Positions 32,683 to 42,723 of a stretch of 64,000 bases of DNA are shown piece by piece. The stretch comes from Escherichia coli (GTDB lineage: Bacteria; Pseudomonadota; Gammaproteobacteria; Enterobacterales; Enterobacteriaceae), in the NCBI RefSeq assembly GCF_011045215.1, contig NZ_CP049201.1. One strand, given 5' to 3'. Numbering within the stretch: the first letter of the stretch is position 1; the number at the start of each line of letters is the position of its first letter. The notes under the pieces are model-generated. The model was not told the DNA's origin. It was given only the letters and a program-made list of their open reading frames with translations, and searched no databases. Both the position numbers and the translations under genes were made by a program.

Positions 32683-34599
32683 TCAATTACCCTCATTAGC
32701 ATTAACAATCTTAATGCCTGTGCTTTGTTCAAGAATTTTCGCAAAAGAATTGAATCTATATAATATAGTTATTTTCTTTCCTGTTGAGGTAGAGATAGAG
32801 TCCTTAAACCCTCGCTCTGCTTCAATGTAAGTCTGTGAATCCCATGTGGCATATTCTTTTGAATTGCTATCAATAGCAGAATAAAGGGTATCAACCAATT
32901 TATCAGAATTTTTCAGCAATAACTCTTCTTGTTCCTCAGTAACATAATAGAAATAGTAAATTATCACTTCATAAAGTTGCTTACTTATAGGTGATGTATT
33001 AGAGCCAATCTCTTTTATGAAAGCTAAATCACCGAAAACATCATAGGCGAGGTTTAAAGCCCTCAAATATTTTCTTTCTATTTGAAGATACTCGTTGCAT
33101 TCATTCGAAATGTACGCACTTCCTAAATCTATTTCTTTTTCGTTTAATAAGTTTAATTTATATAGATTTAAGTTTTCCATGGCTTTTGATAAAAACTTAT
33201 CATAGGAATTAAAATTATAATTTTTAAAGCCAATATTTATAAATGCAAGAGCAGCAAGGCAAAGCTCCATATCCTTTTGTCTATCAGGCTTAACCTTACC
33301 ATGCGTTGCTTGTTTGAATTCGTTTTTGGATGCCAGATACCGTAAAAACTTAACACTTGAACCTTGATTCAGGGCCGAACGAATTTCTTGATCACTTAAC
33401 TTAACACCATATGTATTGATACGGTGGAATAATTCAACTATGAGATCAGTGCTATCTTTATTCATTTCTATAAAGTAAGCCGTGATTTCATATTCTCTTA
33501 TGGCTCTTTGTTCAGTGCGAGTAAGCTCACCAAACTCTTTACCATTTAAATCCTCAAGGATATCAAGTTTAGAAAGTTTAAATTCTCCACTCATAAAATC
33601 ATAAATTGTTGTGATCCGTTGTAAACCATCAACAACGACCCACTTATCTTCTGCGATTCGATTACCAAAATAAAATACAGGAAGTGGGAGTTTTAAGAGA
33701 ATAGACTCGATTAATTTAGACTTCTTCTCATTATTCCAAATACGATCTTTTCTTTGGAAGTCAGGTTGTAGTTCAATATCACCAAAATGAACCCGATCAA
33801 AAATGAGAGATAAAACCGGAGTCTTGGAGGTAATTCTTGCAACACCAAGTTTAGCTTGTAGAGTTTTTAATTCCAAGTTCAACTGTGATGATGTTGTATC
33901 ATTTTCACCCTCATCTACTCCATAAGTATTGGGTGACTCTATAAGTTCTTCTACAGTAGTATTATTACTAATTTTTAATGTTGGCACCTCTATATTATAA
34001 TCAAGAGTCACAACTGAGTTAGCCATATCTGCGGAAAGCTCTTTAAATCTATTAAGAGTAACCTCAACCATTTTTGAAGCAATTTCAGATGGGAATTTCT
34101 TCAAAACTATTTGATAAGCATCATCAAGGCTTTGAACTAATTCAACCTGCTGTTCATAAATTTTCCCAAGATTCAAATTGAGAAAATTATCAATTTTTTT
34201 TCTTAAAACCCTAAATTCAGAGCCTTGAACTTCTGATAATGTCGCTGCTTCATGGACATTATGACTACGCAATAACAGGTGTTTTTTGTTTTCATACTTG
34301 AAATGTTGAATATAGGGTAAGTTAGCAAATATTGTTTCTGGTTGGTTCCTGCTCGAAGAACTACCGTAAAGAACCTGCTCTACATTACAAAAACCTCTAA
34401 TATTTAAATTGCTGTAAATCGATTCAAGCTCTGATAATGAACGTGTTTTAGATTCAGAATTAGAAGAGACTTTATATTTACCGTTTTCACGATCAATGCT
34501 TATAATACATAGTGGAGGCGTAGAAGGATTAATTGGCTGTAGCTGTTTGCCAAAAAGAAGATTTTCGATGTCGTTTAGCACTTGTTCAAAGTTAAGCAT
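32683..34599 (-). CDS. DUF262 (ParB-like nuclease fold) domain protein
   Basis: 638 aa; central QPDFQRKDRIWNNEK...VVDGLQRITTI matches the DUF262 IPxFQR and DGQQR signatures. Confidence 0.7.
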   Translation of the reverse strand: MLNFEQVLNDIENLLFGKQLQPINPSTPPLCIISIDRENGKYKVSSNSESKTRSLSELESIYSNLNIRGFCNVEQVLYGSSSSRNQPETIFANLPYIQHFKYENKKHLLLRSHNVHEAATLSEVQGSEFRVLRKKIDNFLNLNLGKIYEQQVELVQSLDDAYQIVLKKFPSEIASKMVEVTLNRFKELSADMANSVVTLDYNIEVPTLKISNNTTVEELIESPNTYGVDEGENDTTSSQLNLELKTLQAKLGVARITSKTPVLSLIFDRVHFGDIELQPDFQRKDRIWNNEKKSKLIESILLKLPLPVFYFGNRIAEDKWVVVDGLQRITTIYDFMSGEFKLSKLDILEDLNGKEFGELTRTEQRAIREYEITAYFIEMNKDSTDLIVELFHRINTYGVKLSDQEIRSALNQGSSVKFLRYLASKNEFKQATHGKVKPDRQKDMELCLAALAFINIGFKNYNFNSYDKFLSKAMENLNLYKLNLLNEKEIDLGSAYISNECNEYLQIERKYLRALNLAYDVFGDLAFIKEIGSNTSPISKQLYEVIIYYFYYVTEEQEELLLKNSDKLVDTLYSAIDSNSKEYATWDSQTYIEAERGFKDSISTSTGKKITILYRFNSFAKILEQSTGIKIVNANEGN

Positions 34600-34799
34600 T
34601 AGTGCTTCCTAAATCCATGTTAGAATTGAAAACCATCCTGTAGGATACCATCATTTGGGTATTGGTTCAATTTTTATCTTTACTTCAATAAAAAATTACG
34701 TTATGCGTTTAAATGACTATGTTGCGTGATGGTATTTATGATGGTATTGATTATCTTGTATTAAGAAAATGACATATAAACCAATGAGGTAAGTGCGAT

Positions 34800-34822
34800 G
34801 TTCGAGTCCGGCCTTCGCACCA
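34800..34822 (+). repeat. Direct repeat of the leuX 3' end (attR-like island boundary)
   Basis: gttcgagtccggccttcgcacca matches tRNA positions 13244-13267 with one missing G. Confidence 0.8.
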
Positions 34823-35499
34823 CACCGTATGCAAATCGAGTCGCTCAAGAGCGGCTTTTTTTGTGTCTGAAATCACCCATATCCGTGCAGTATATAGGCC
34901 TGCCAGAAAAGCAGTTCAGTATTATTCATTTTGTAGTCGATGGTCCCAAGTTTGCTCTGGCTGGAAGCTGCATCGTCCACATTACGTGGGCAGGGTGGTT
35001 TCGCTATGCTATTTGAACGTTTTGACCATGTGGCTCAGGTAGCTAATATCAAAAGACGTCATTTTGTCTCCACGCCCACCTTGGTGAATATTCAATAAAT
35101 AGTTTCGGTCGAGAGCAGTTATGTAGGGCTAGCAGACGAGATGCGCAGACATCTTGTTGAAGACAATTTTACTGACCACCTGAGAACGCTATTTTACCGA
35201 ATAATATTTATTATCTTGGCGAATAATGATGATTACCTGTGTAACTATGGTTTTATGCTGATGGGACCGGCAGTACAATTTCTGTAGTGTACTCGCAATT
35301 TCAGATCTCTGGCGTTTATTCTGGTGCAAAGGAGGTATGTGATGAAAACTTTGCTACCATGCCATTAAATGCGACCAATATCGGATTATACATCAGTTGC
35401 TTGTTGTAGATTTCATTGGTTATAAAAATGCAAGGTGTAAAAGATGAAATTTATAATTATTAGTTAAGTGGCTAGTTTTATAGTAATTTAGACAATAGG

Positions 35500-36051
35500 A
35501 TGTATGGAAAAATGGGAAAAGTTTATGATACCACTAGAATTAGTAATCTTGCTAACGACCCGAAACAGTTTTGTTCTTTTTTTTGTGAGTACATAAAAAG
35601 AGATGATATTAGTATAGATATCGCCTTGGATGTGCTGAGAATATCTTCCATCTATTATAATAGATTTTCAGTTCAGACTGAAGTTGAGTATAACAATACA
35701 TTCAAAAAATGTATTAATGAGCTAGTAAACTCATTTCCTGATAACATTGAACTAATCTCTGAGTTCGAGAGTCAATGTAAAATTATGCATGATATAAATA
35801 ATTCTTTCTTTGCGGCTACAAAATGTGCTGGTATTTGGCGTAAAAATACAAAAAAATCACATGCATTAATACTTAATCTCATCATGTTTTGTGAGATGTT
35901 TTTATCATCATTATCATCCTTGGTTGTGGTCAATGATCCTAAAAAAATGAAGAGGATTTTTCCATTATTTATCGTTTCTAAAATATTAATATTCATGCTG
36001 AACCTGATATCGAATATTTTCGAGTTATCGATAGGGCATTTGATGAGGTAG
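35500..36051 (+). CDS. Hypothetical protein
   Basis: 183-aa AT-rich ORF with a hydrophobic C-terminus. Confidence 0.45.
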   Translation: MYGKMGKVYDTTRISNLANDPKQFCSFFCEYIKRDDISIDIALDVLRISSIYYNRFSVQTEVEYNNTFKKCINELVNSFPDNIELISEFESQCKIMHDINNSFFAATKCAGIWRKNTKKSHALILNLIMFCEMFLSSLSSLVVVNDPKKMKRIFPLFIVSKILIFMLNLISNIFELSIGHLMR

Positions 36052-36098
36052 CCAATTACACCGGAAGAATATTTTCTTATTTACGGACTCATGGGCCA

Positions 36099-37547
36099 TT
36101 GAAACTAACTTCTTGTGTGAATAAACAAACCTTGCTTTCAATGGGAGGGTACCTTAATGAGTGGAATGTTTTTGACTCATTAAGCAGAGTAAGAGACTTT
36201 TTCAGACTAAGTAGTGCAGTATTTACAAAATTGGATAATAACATTTACTCTCTTGAGGTTGATAGTTTTTGTTTATACCGAGATTATGAGATTGCAAGAA
36301 ATAGACTAATGATGAGAGCGTCACATCTATATAGCGAAGTTCATGAATTTAGTAACAAACATTTTCATCTAAATAGTTGGGTAAAGGATCATATGCCATC
36401 TTACTTAAATTCTGATGGCGTTTTTAGCTCATTTCATCTAAGCGAGTTGGAAAATATGTCTCCTGATGACCTTCATGAAGAATATGGGAATATATCATTA
36501 TTTAATTGGGTGCACGCTTATCAATGTTTAGTCGAGTTATCTAAAGAAGAAATGAGAAAAAGATTTTCATCGACAAAACCTATACCCCTACAGTTGGATC
36601 GCTGGCTGATCATAAAAAGCCGTGAGAGTTGGTTATCATTCTTTCAACGTAAGGGGATTGCAGCAGATGCAGCAAAAAAACTGATAGATTATTTTACCTT
36701 CAATTCAAAATCACATGATCTTAATGATTGCCCATTTATTCCCTGTATGGACGGTTTATGCTTAATGCCTGCATTAATAGCAAATAGCTCAGTGACTCGC
36801 TCTCTAATGTCATTATTTGGTTCCAAAAAAATTTCTCAAGCAAGTAAAGGGCGATTTCATGAGCAACAATTTATAAAACAAGTTCGTGATGCGGGGATTA
36901 AAGCTTCTCCAATTGATGCTCATGCTAATTATCAGTGCGATTGCGTGATTCTCCTGGATGATTGTTTGATTTTTACAGAACTAAAATCAAATGGTCAACC
37001 AATATATTATGGTAAGTACTATCAGCAAGTGTGTAACATCGTTGGAGATAGCTCATTAATACATGATCATAATAATAAATTTATGCGTTCTTATTTTCAA
37101 CAAATAAATCGAATTTCTGAACATTATCTTAATCATCTTGATGTGATCATTAAAGAATTCGAACTACCATCAACATGGCAACCCAAAGGTGTGTATAAGC
37201 TTATTGTTACTACAACTATGCTCGGTGGAAAATATCATGTGGATGATACATATGTAGCGGACAAATATGCATTATCTAGTTTTTTTCAACGAATACCTGG
37301 AGTGATATATCAAACAAATGAAAATGGAAAAATGGCGAAAAATATCATTGATGGGTTTGAGTGTTGCGAAGGGGAAATCACTATCGATAAGTTTATAGAT
37401 TATCTTTCCTCTTTGCCCAGTATTAATGCTGTACGTAAAAATATAAAAAAATTAACTTATAGTGTTCGATTTAATGAAAAATTAGTCCATCACCCTTATT
37501 ATGATTCTTGGGCTTTTGGTCCATATATTCGTAAGGGAAATGATTAG
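36099..37547 (+). CDS. Hypothetical protein, possible PD-(D/E)xK-like nuclease
   Basis: 482-aa AT-rich ORF; CDCVILLDDCLIFTELKS resembles a D...ExK nuclease core, weak evidence. Confidence 0.45.
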   Translation: MKLTSCVNKQTLLSMGGYLNEWNVFDSLSRVRDFFRLSSAVFTKLDNNIYSLEVDSFCLYRDYEIARNRLMMRASHLYSEVHEFSNKHFHLNSWVKDHMPSYLNSDGVFSSFHLSELENMSPDDLHEEYGNISLFNWVHAYQCLVELSKEEMRKRFSSTKPIPLQLDRWLIIKSRESWLSFFQRKGIAADAAKKLIDYFTFNSKSHDLNDCPFIPCMDGLCLMPALIANSSVTRSLMSLFGSKKISQASKGRFHEQQFIKQVRDAGIKASPIDAHANYQCDCVILLDDCLIFTELKSNGQPIYYGKYYQQVCNIVGDSSLIHDHNNKFMRSYFQQINRISEHYLNHLDVIIKEFELPSTWQPKGVYKLIVTTTMLGGKYHVDDTYVADKYALSSFFQRIPGVIYQTNENGKMAKNIIDGFECCEGEITIDKFIDYLSSLPSINAVRKNIKKLTYSVRFNEKLVHHPYYDSWAFGPYIRKGND

Positions 37548-38168
37548 AGCAATTTATTATATAGTCCATGTTATTCACTGATTATATTATTGATAAAATA
37601 ATCAGTGAATAACTCTAATTTTTTAATGTTGGGGTTTAGCCTGAAATTGAAATTGGTACTACGGAACGGTATGATCATATCGCATCAAAATATCAAGGTA
37701 GTGATGATTTTCTACGCAACGATCCAGAAGCGTGGATTTTATCATCACCATAAGCAATGGCAGCGACAACACCATCAATTTCTATATCAAAGGTGGTGAA
37801 ATGAATTAGAAAATTGTTTATTTAATCCATTAGCGATAAGTTTTATTGTTATTTAGCCGAGATATATTCCATTGAAAAAAGTAAATTGGCACTGATATTA
37901 TATCAAATGGGAATAATCCTTTTGTAAATAAGCTGAGGAATGTGTTAATTCATATCCAGCGCCTTATAAACCGCATCAACCGGTTATGAGTAAAAACTTA
38001 CCTGAAACTTGGTAAACAACTCTGCCGGAACTGTTGGAATATCCATAGCCCAGGATATCGGTAACAGAACTCGTTTTGCGCCGCTATCGAAGGCGAGTTG
38101 TAAACTAGCGGCAAGATCCTGCACTGATTATGTCAGCAATATTGAACATACTGCGATAGTTATCAACC

Positions 38169-39098
38169 TCACCCCCTAAAAACCTCATTCCGATGCCACT
38201 CCACAAACCCCTCATAAGGGTAATTTTTACGCACCTGCGGCAACGCAATAGTTTTCCCGTCAAAATCCCAGAATAATCTCTCAACGATCCCTCCGCCGTT
38301 TACCGCATCTGATACCAGTACCCGCATATTTTCGTCCAGGCCAATCGATCCTTTATCAAAGGCTTTATGGTGAATTGCGCAAAGCGCCAGGCCATTAGGA
38401 ATTTCACAAGGACCGCCGTGCTGTTTCCATTTTATATGCGCCGCTTCCAGCGCGACGGTGGTGTCGTCGTGGCGCATATTAAAGCCACATATCGCGCACT
38501 GGTAGTTATAAGCGCGTAATACATTTTTGCGAAATAACGGGTCGCGCTGTTTACGGATTTGCTGGAGATCAAAACCCAGCTCGTCAGCAATTTCTTCCTG
38601 AATACTCTCGGTGAAGTGCGCTTCGAGTATCTGTTGCGCCAGAGTATTGATGAGTTTTTTATTGCCTGTTACCAGGGCGTAGTGCTGTTCATCGAAACCG
38701 CCTGCAACGTGGTATTCGTTCAGTTCCTTCACTGGCGGTTGTCGGCTGCTACCTGCTGTTGAGCAAAGCTCGGCATTGTGTAATTGCCAGAATCCGTCGC
38801 CTTGTAATCGCCAGAACGGCATATCAGGTCGGTACTGTGAACGCTGTGGCCCAAAACGTTCCAGTAAATTGTGCAGAGGTTCGTAGATTTCCGATCCATA
38901 ATCGAAAAGGCGCGGATGCCCATTCAGGTATCCCGCTAATACGTATAGCAGTAACAATGGTTTATGCGGCGCGCGCTGTTCACCCTTGTGCCAGATTTTT
39001 ATATTGGCAATTGCCTGCTGTAGCGATTTACTGGAAGCCATTGATATCCCTGGCAGTGAAATAATTGCGATCATGCTCGCAAATTTTCTGCTGTTCAA
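38169..39098 (-). CDS. HNH endonuclease-domain protein
   Basis: 309 aa; C-terminal YQCAICGF...AAHIKW...ALCAIHH HNH motif; N-terminal domain of about 200 aa unassigned. Confidence 0.7.
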   Translation of the reverse strand: MNSRKFASMIAIISLPGISMASSKSLQQAIANIKIWHKGEQRAPHKPLLLLYVLAGYLNGHPRLFDYGSEIYEPLHNLLERFGPQRSQYRPDMPFWRLQGDGFWQLHNAELCSTAGSSRQPPVKELNEYHVAGGFDEQHYALVTGNKKLINTLAQQILEAHFTESIQEEIADELGFDLQQIRKQRDPLFRKNVLRAYNYQCAICGFNMRHDDTTVALEAAHIKWKQHGGPCEIPNGLALCAIHHKAFDKGSIGLDENMRVLVSDAVNGGGIVERLFWDFDGKTIALPQVRKNYPYEGFVEWHRNEVFRG

Positions 39099-39177
39099 GC
39101 CTGCAAGTGAAGATATATTACCTTGATCTCATTTGTTTTTTTGCTGCTTGTTCTGAGAACGTATAAGGACATTCTCC

Positions 39178-39828
39178 ATGAATAAACTCCCCGATCATCT
39201 TCCTCGGCGGTATATCATCAAAGCTATTCATTTATGGGATGCGGGAGAAACTCATCAGTTCCAGCCTGCACGGTTGTATGAGATTGAATATCATGGCCGA
39301 CGTTACCCCTCGAAGGCGATTGCTGGCATCGCAGCGACATTGATGACGGGGACGCAATTTACCCCTGCGGATTTCACCGGCGGAATAAAATCTAAATGCG
39401 TCAAGCTACTTATAGATCAGGGATTTCATATTCATCAGGATAAAGCCGCTGCGGCTCCCATAGCCGATGTTCTGTTCCCGGATGAGTTGCCGTCGCAGGG
39501 GACCTACGTTGAAGGTGCGGCGATAAAGGTGACGGTAAACCGCTATGAACGAGATAAAAAAGCTCGCGAGAAAGCAGTCGAACATCACGGATGCCAGTGC
39601 AACGTATGCGGCGTTGATCTGGTGAAGATCTATGGCGATATCGCTGAGGGTTTTATCCATATGCATCACCTGGTGCCGCTTTCAGCCATTAAAGAGGATT
39701 ACCAGCTGGATCCAGTTAATGATTTACTTCCTGTGTGCCCTAATTGCCATGCGATGTTGCACCGACGCAAACCACCGTTTACGCCGGAGGAGTTAAAAGC
39801 GCTGATGGATGCGAATAAATCAAATTAA
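39178..39828 (+). CDS. HNH endonuclease-domain protein
   Basis: 216 aa; CQCNVCG...HMHHLVPLS...CPNCHAMLH HNH motif; N-terminal domain of about 130 aa unassigned. Confidence 0.7.
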   Translation: MNKLPDHLPRRYIIKAIHLWDAGETHQFQPARLYEIEYHGRRYPSKAIAGIAATLMTGTQFTPADFTGGIKSKCVKLLIDQGFHIHQDKAAAAPIADVLFPDELPSQGTYVEGAAIKVTVNRYERDKKAREKAVEHHGCQCNVCGVDLVKIYGDIAEGFIHMHHLVPLSAIKEDYQLDPVNDLLPVCPNCHAMLHRRKPPFTPEELKALMDANKSN

Positions 39829-39835
39829 TGAACGC

Positions 39836-40816
39836 TCACCTTTCGCGCCAAAACTGCAAAATTGCTTCTACAAACTTGTCAGAAATAATCCCCCGACGGG
39901 CTGCCGCGCTGAAATGACTGCTTCGCAGTGCCGTCGTCCAGTTCTCCGGTGACCGGTACGCTGAACCGTAATATCCCGTGCTTAAATCGTCCGGATCTTC
40001 ATCAGGCGCGTTCGTCAGTCCTCTTTCACCTTGTTGCTGGAAGTCGACGAAAATAATATTGGCTAAAACATTATTTTGATAATTGCCATAAATAGCTTCA
40101 TACGCATGAGGGAAATTTTCTTTCCAGTACCAGGTGGTATCGCCGCAAAACCACGGCGCATCAGTAATATTATTAAGCTGAGAATGGTATTGTTTTAGAT
40201 CCCTACGAAAGGCTTCAACCATATGATTAAAGTGTTGAGGGTGTGACGCGTAGTCACTGGTCATTAAGTCAAATTCGCCTTGCATCCAGCATACGCCGAG
40301 GAATTTGTTCTGCGGATTTTTTGCCAGTGCGGCTCGCGTTCTGCTGACTAAATCCTGGTACAGCGGAGTATCCGTTCCCCAACGACAAGCATCATGGCTG
40401 GCTCCGTGCCGTTCTGAATATGTCCCCTCGCTGCCAGCGGTAAAAGCCGATCCGCCACGGCAACACGGAACGATGAGAACCCCTGCGTTATCAGGAATAA
40501 AGGGCAGTAATTTCCGTGCAATATGCAGTGCCTGGCCAACGGTGCCGTACTGTGTTTGATGATTCGTTGCCAGAGGATGGTGATAACCCTGCATATCCTG
40601 AACATCGTGTGGGCAGTGAGTCAGTGGAATAATGTCGTTAAAGTGACATGACGGGCCTCCGGGATGCGTATGCGCAAATCTCGCTAATTGTTTAATTCTG
40701 GGATGAGGCGCATCTTCCCTGTCCGGTAATGGCAGTCCTTCGCCATACGCCATAGCATTAGACTGACCAGCAACGGTAAGAACAAAGTAATAATCAGGCG
40801 ATATTATTGCGTTCAT
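39836..40816 (-). CDS. nanS: 9-O-acetyl-N-acetylneuraminate esterase
   Basis: 326 aa from the internal Met; SGNH-hydrolase GQSN motif; matches K-12 NanS/YjhS. Confidence 0.9.
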   Translation of the reverse strand: MNAIISPDYYFVLTVAGQSNAMAYGEGLPLPDREDAPHPRIKQLARFAHTHPGGPSCHFNDIIPLTHCPHDVQDMQGYHHPLATNHQTQYGTVGQALHIARKLLPFIPDNAGVLIVPCCRGGSAFTAGSEGTYSERHGASHDACRWGTDTPLYQDLVSRTRAALAKNPQNKFLGVCWMQGEFDLMTSDYASHPQHFNHMVEAFRRDLKQYHSQLNNITDAPWFCGDTTWYWKENFPHAYEAIYGNYQNNVLANIIFVDFQQQGERGLTNAPDEDPDDLSTGYYGSAYRSPENWTTALRSSHFSAAARRGIISDKFVEAILQFWRER

Positions 40817-40880
40817 ATAAATTTCGCGTAATTGAAATGACAAATTGATAGCAGGGCCCCTTTACTGGGGCCCTGAAGCG

Positions 40881-41987
40881 TTAGTTTTGTACTGTGGCTT
40901 TATTATCCTTCACAGAGATCAAAACTGAATCCGTCACCGCTTTGCCGCCTGCAGTTTCACCGCCAATAATCAATAGGCTATTATTCCAGGGCAATGATAC
41001 TCCGTAGGCCCGACCTTGCGACAATTCGCCCGATTTATCCCATTTCCCGTTATGCCAAAGATGAATATCAGCGCTATATGATTTTTTCAGGCCTTCATGC
41101 GCATAGTTCTTACCGTTTTGGTAATTTTCTCGTGAACCTTTGAATCCGGCCCCTCCGGCAAATATCAGTGAGTCATTGCTCATGCCTGCAAAACCGCCAG
41201 CGACGCCATCTGGTGATGAGACGGGAGCAAGCTTATTCCATTGTAAATTATTATCGGTGAAATCAAGTTCAAATACGGCATCCGTTCGCAATCCTGGTTT
41301 GGCTTCGCCATTAATAAGCCAGGTTATATCACCTTTATTCACAACCGCCGCACCAGCCGTCCCGTACCAGGGAGATTCGCCAGCGTAACTCCATTGCTGT
41401 GTTGAGGGATCAAAAGACAATAGAAACTTATTGAAGAAATAATCTTCTGCTTTTTTGTCAAAATAGTGGGCGTTGATTTTATCTATAGCGGTTGAATCTT
41501 TTCCAGCTTCGTTGAGATCTTCAAAATAGCCATTGAAGATATTCTGGTTAACACCGCCAGTAACATAAGCCTTGCCGTTGTGTACAAAAGTCACATGGCC
41601 CGCCATGCCCATCGGCGCGTGCGACATCAATTTAACCCAGCTATTGGTTTTGGGGTTGTATTTGTGTACGTCATTAAATACCTGAGTCAAGCCCTCGCTG
41701 TTTTTGCCAATGCCGCCAAACACATACAGATTGCCATCAATAAATGCAGAGGTTGCTTGATCTCTTGGTCCGCCAGGGAATGCAGCTAACGCTGTCCATT
41801 TTTTATCTTTGGCCTGTGTATCCAGCTTGTACCATGCCGTACCTGCGCTACCTAAACCAATGTAGACAGTGTCGTTATCAATTGCTCCGGTACCACTTTT
41901 AAATGGCACAGGAGTTTCCGGTAATACAGACGCGTTTGCGGCAAATGAAGCCATCATGATAGCAAGCGCCGTTATTGTTTTATTCAT
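40881..41987 (-). CDS. nanM: N-acetylneuraminate epimerase/mutarotase
   Basis: 368 aa from the internal Met (MNKTITALAIMMASFAANA signal peptide); Kelch-repeat protein matching K-12 NanM/YjhT. Confidence 0.9.
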   Translation of the reverse strand: MNKTITALAIMMASFAANASVLPETPVPFKSGTGAIDNDTVYIGLGSAGTAWYKLDTQAKDKKWTALAAFPGGPRDQATSAFIDGNLYVFGGIGKNSEGLTQVFNDVHKYNPKTNSWVKLMSHAPMGMAGHVTFVHNGKAYVTGGVNQNIFNGYFEDLNEAGKDSTAIDKINAHYFDKKAEDYFFNKFLLSFDPSTQQWSYAGESPWYGTAGAAVVNKGDITWLINGEAKPGLRTDAVFELDFTDNNLQWNKLAPVSSPDGVAGGFAGMSNDSLIFAGGAGFKGSRENYQNGKNYAHEGLKKSYSADIHLWHNGKWDKSGELSQGRAYGVSLPWNNSLLIIGGETAGGKAVTDSVLISVKDNKATVQN

Positions 41988-42006
41988 TGTGACTGTCTCC
42001 TGTCTA

Positions 42007-42723
42007 CTACAGTTTAAATGACACACCAATGCGATAACTGTTTTCCGATAAATTATCTCTGCCGTTGTAAACACCCTGACGGTCAAGGTAGTCATATTCT
42101 ATGTATGGCGTAATATCGGGCGTCATATGGTATTGTAGAACAAATGCATTTTCCGTCGCCCATTTCTTATGGTTTGCATAGCGATAATCGTTCTGTTTGC
42201 TGTATAGCGTCGTTTGCCATGCGAAGGTGAAATCACTATTAATATGGTAAGTGACATATCCATCCCAACGATGAACGTTATCACGAGACATATCACCGGA
42301 TAAGTCTTGTTGTCGGTAAGCTTTCCAGTCGTAACGATAGCGAATGCCAAAATTAAGATCTTTTGTCGCGTCCCAGGACAGTTTTACGTAGGGTCCGTAG
42401 CGTGTGCCGTTGCTGCTAAAATGCGTTAACATTCCCGGGCGCACCGTCCATTGATCATCAAGTTTAATTGCGTAATTAACTTCAACCTGAACATCATTGA
42501 GTGCGGCATTTTCCTTTTTATTATCATGAATGGTATTCCAGGTATTACTTTCCATGCTTGCCCACCATCCATTTTGCCATCCCTCACTGACTTTGAGTCG
42601 AGTCTCATAGGCGTGGCTTCCACTACGATATCCACCACGTACGTCCAGTGTCGCAGCCTGAGAAATTAATGGTGACGAAAAGCACAGTAATAATACGCCA
42701 GAAAGTATTTTAGCCTTTTTCAT
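42007..42723 (-). CDS. nanC: N-acetylneuraminic acid outer-membrane channel (KdgM family)
   Basis: 238 aa from MKKAKILSGVLLL; signal peptide and beta-barrel pattern; matches K-12 NanC. Confidence 0.9.
   Translation of the reverse strand: MKKAKILSGVLLLCFSSPLISQAATLDVRGGYRSGSHAYETRLKVSEGWQNGWWASMESNTWNTIHDNKKENAALNDVQVEVNYAIKLDDQWTVRPGMLTHFSSNGTRYGPYVKLSWDATKDLNFGIRYRYDWKAYRQQDLSGDMSRDNVHRWDGYVTYHINSDFTFAWQTTLYSKQNDYRYANHKKWATENAFVLQYHMTPDITPYIEYDYLDRQGVYNGRDNLSENSYRIGVSFKL

Larger units (their letters stand above)
13268..34822. mobile_element. Genomic island of about 21.5 kb inserted at leuX (integrative, possibly mobilizable)
   Basis: Begins immediately 3' of leuX with a P4-type integrase and ends at a 22/23-nt direct repeat of the tRNA 3' end (34800-34822); markedly AT-rich; carries alpA, mobC and a relaxase. 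Confidence 0.8.

Noticed and set aside
34798-35016. 72-aa ORF starting inside the attR-like repeat
   Set aside because: Its first codons are simply the tRNA-derived repeat read in frame; no ribosome-binding site or conserved features
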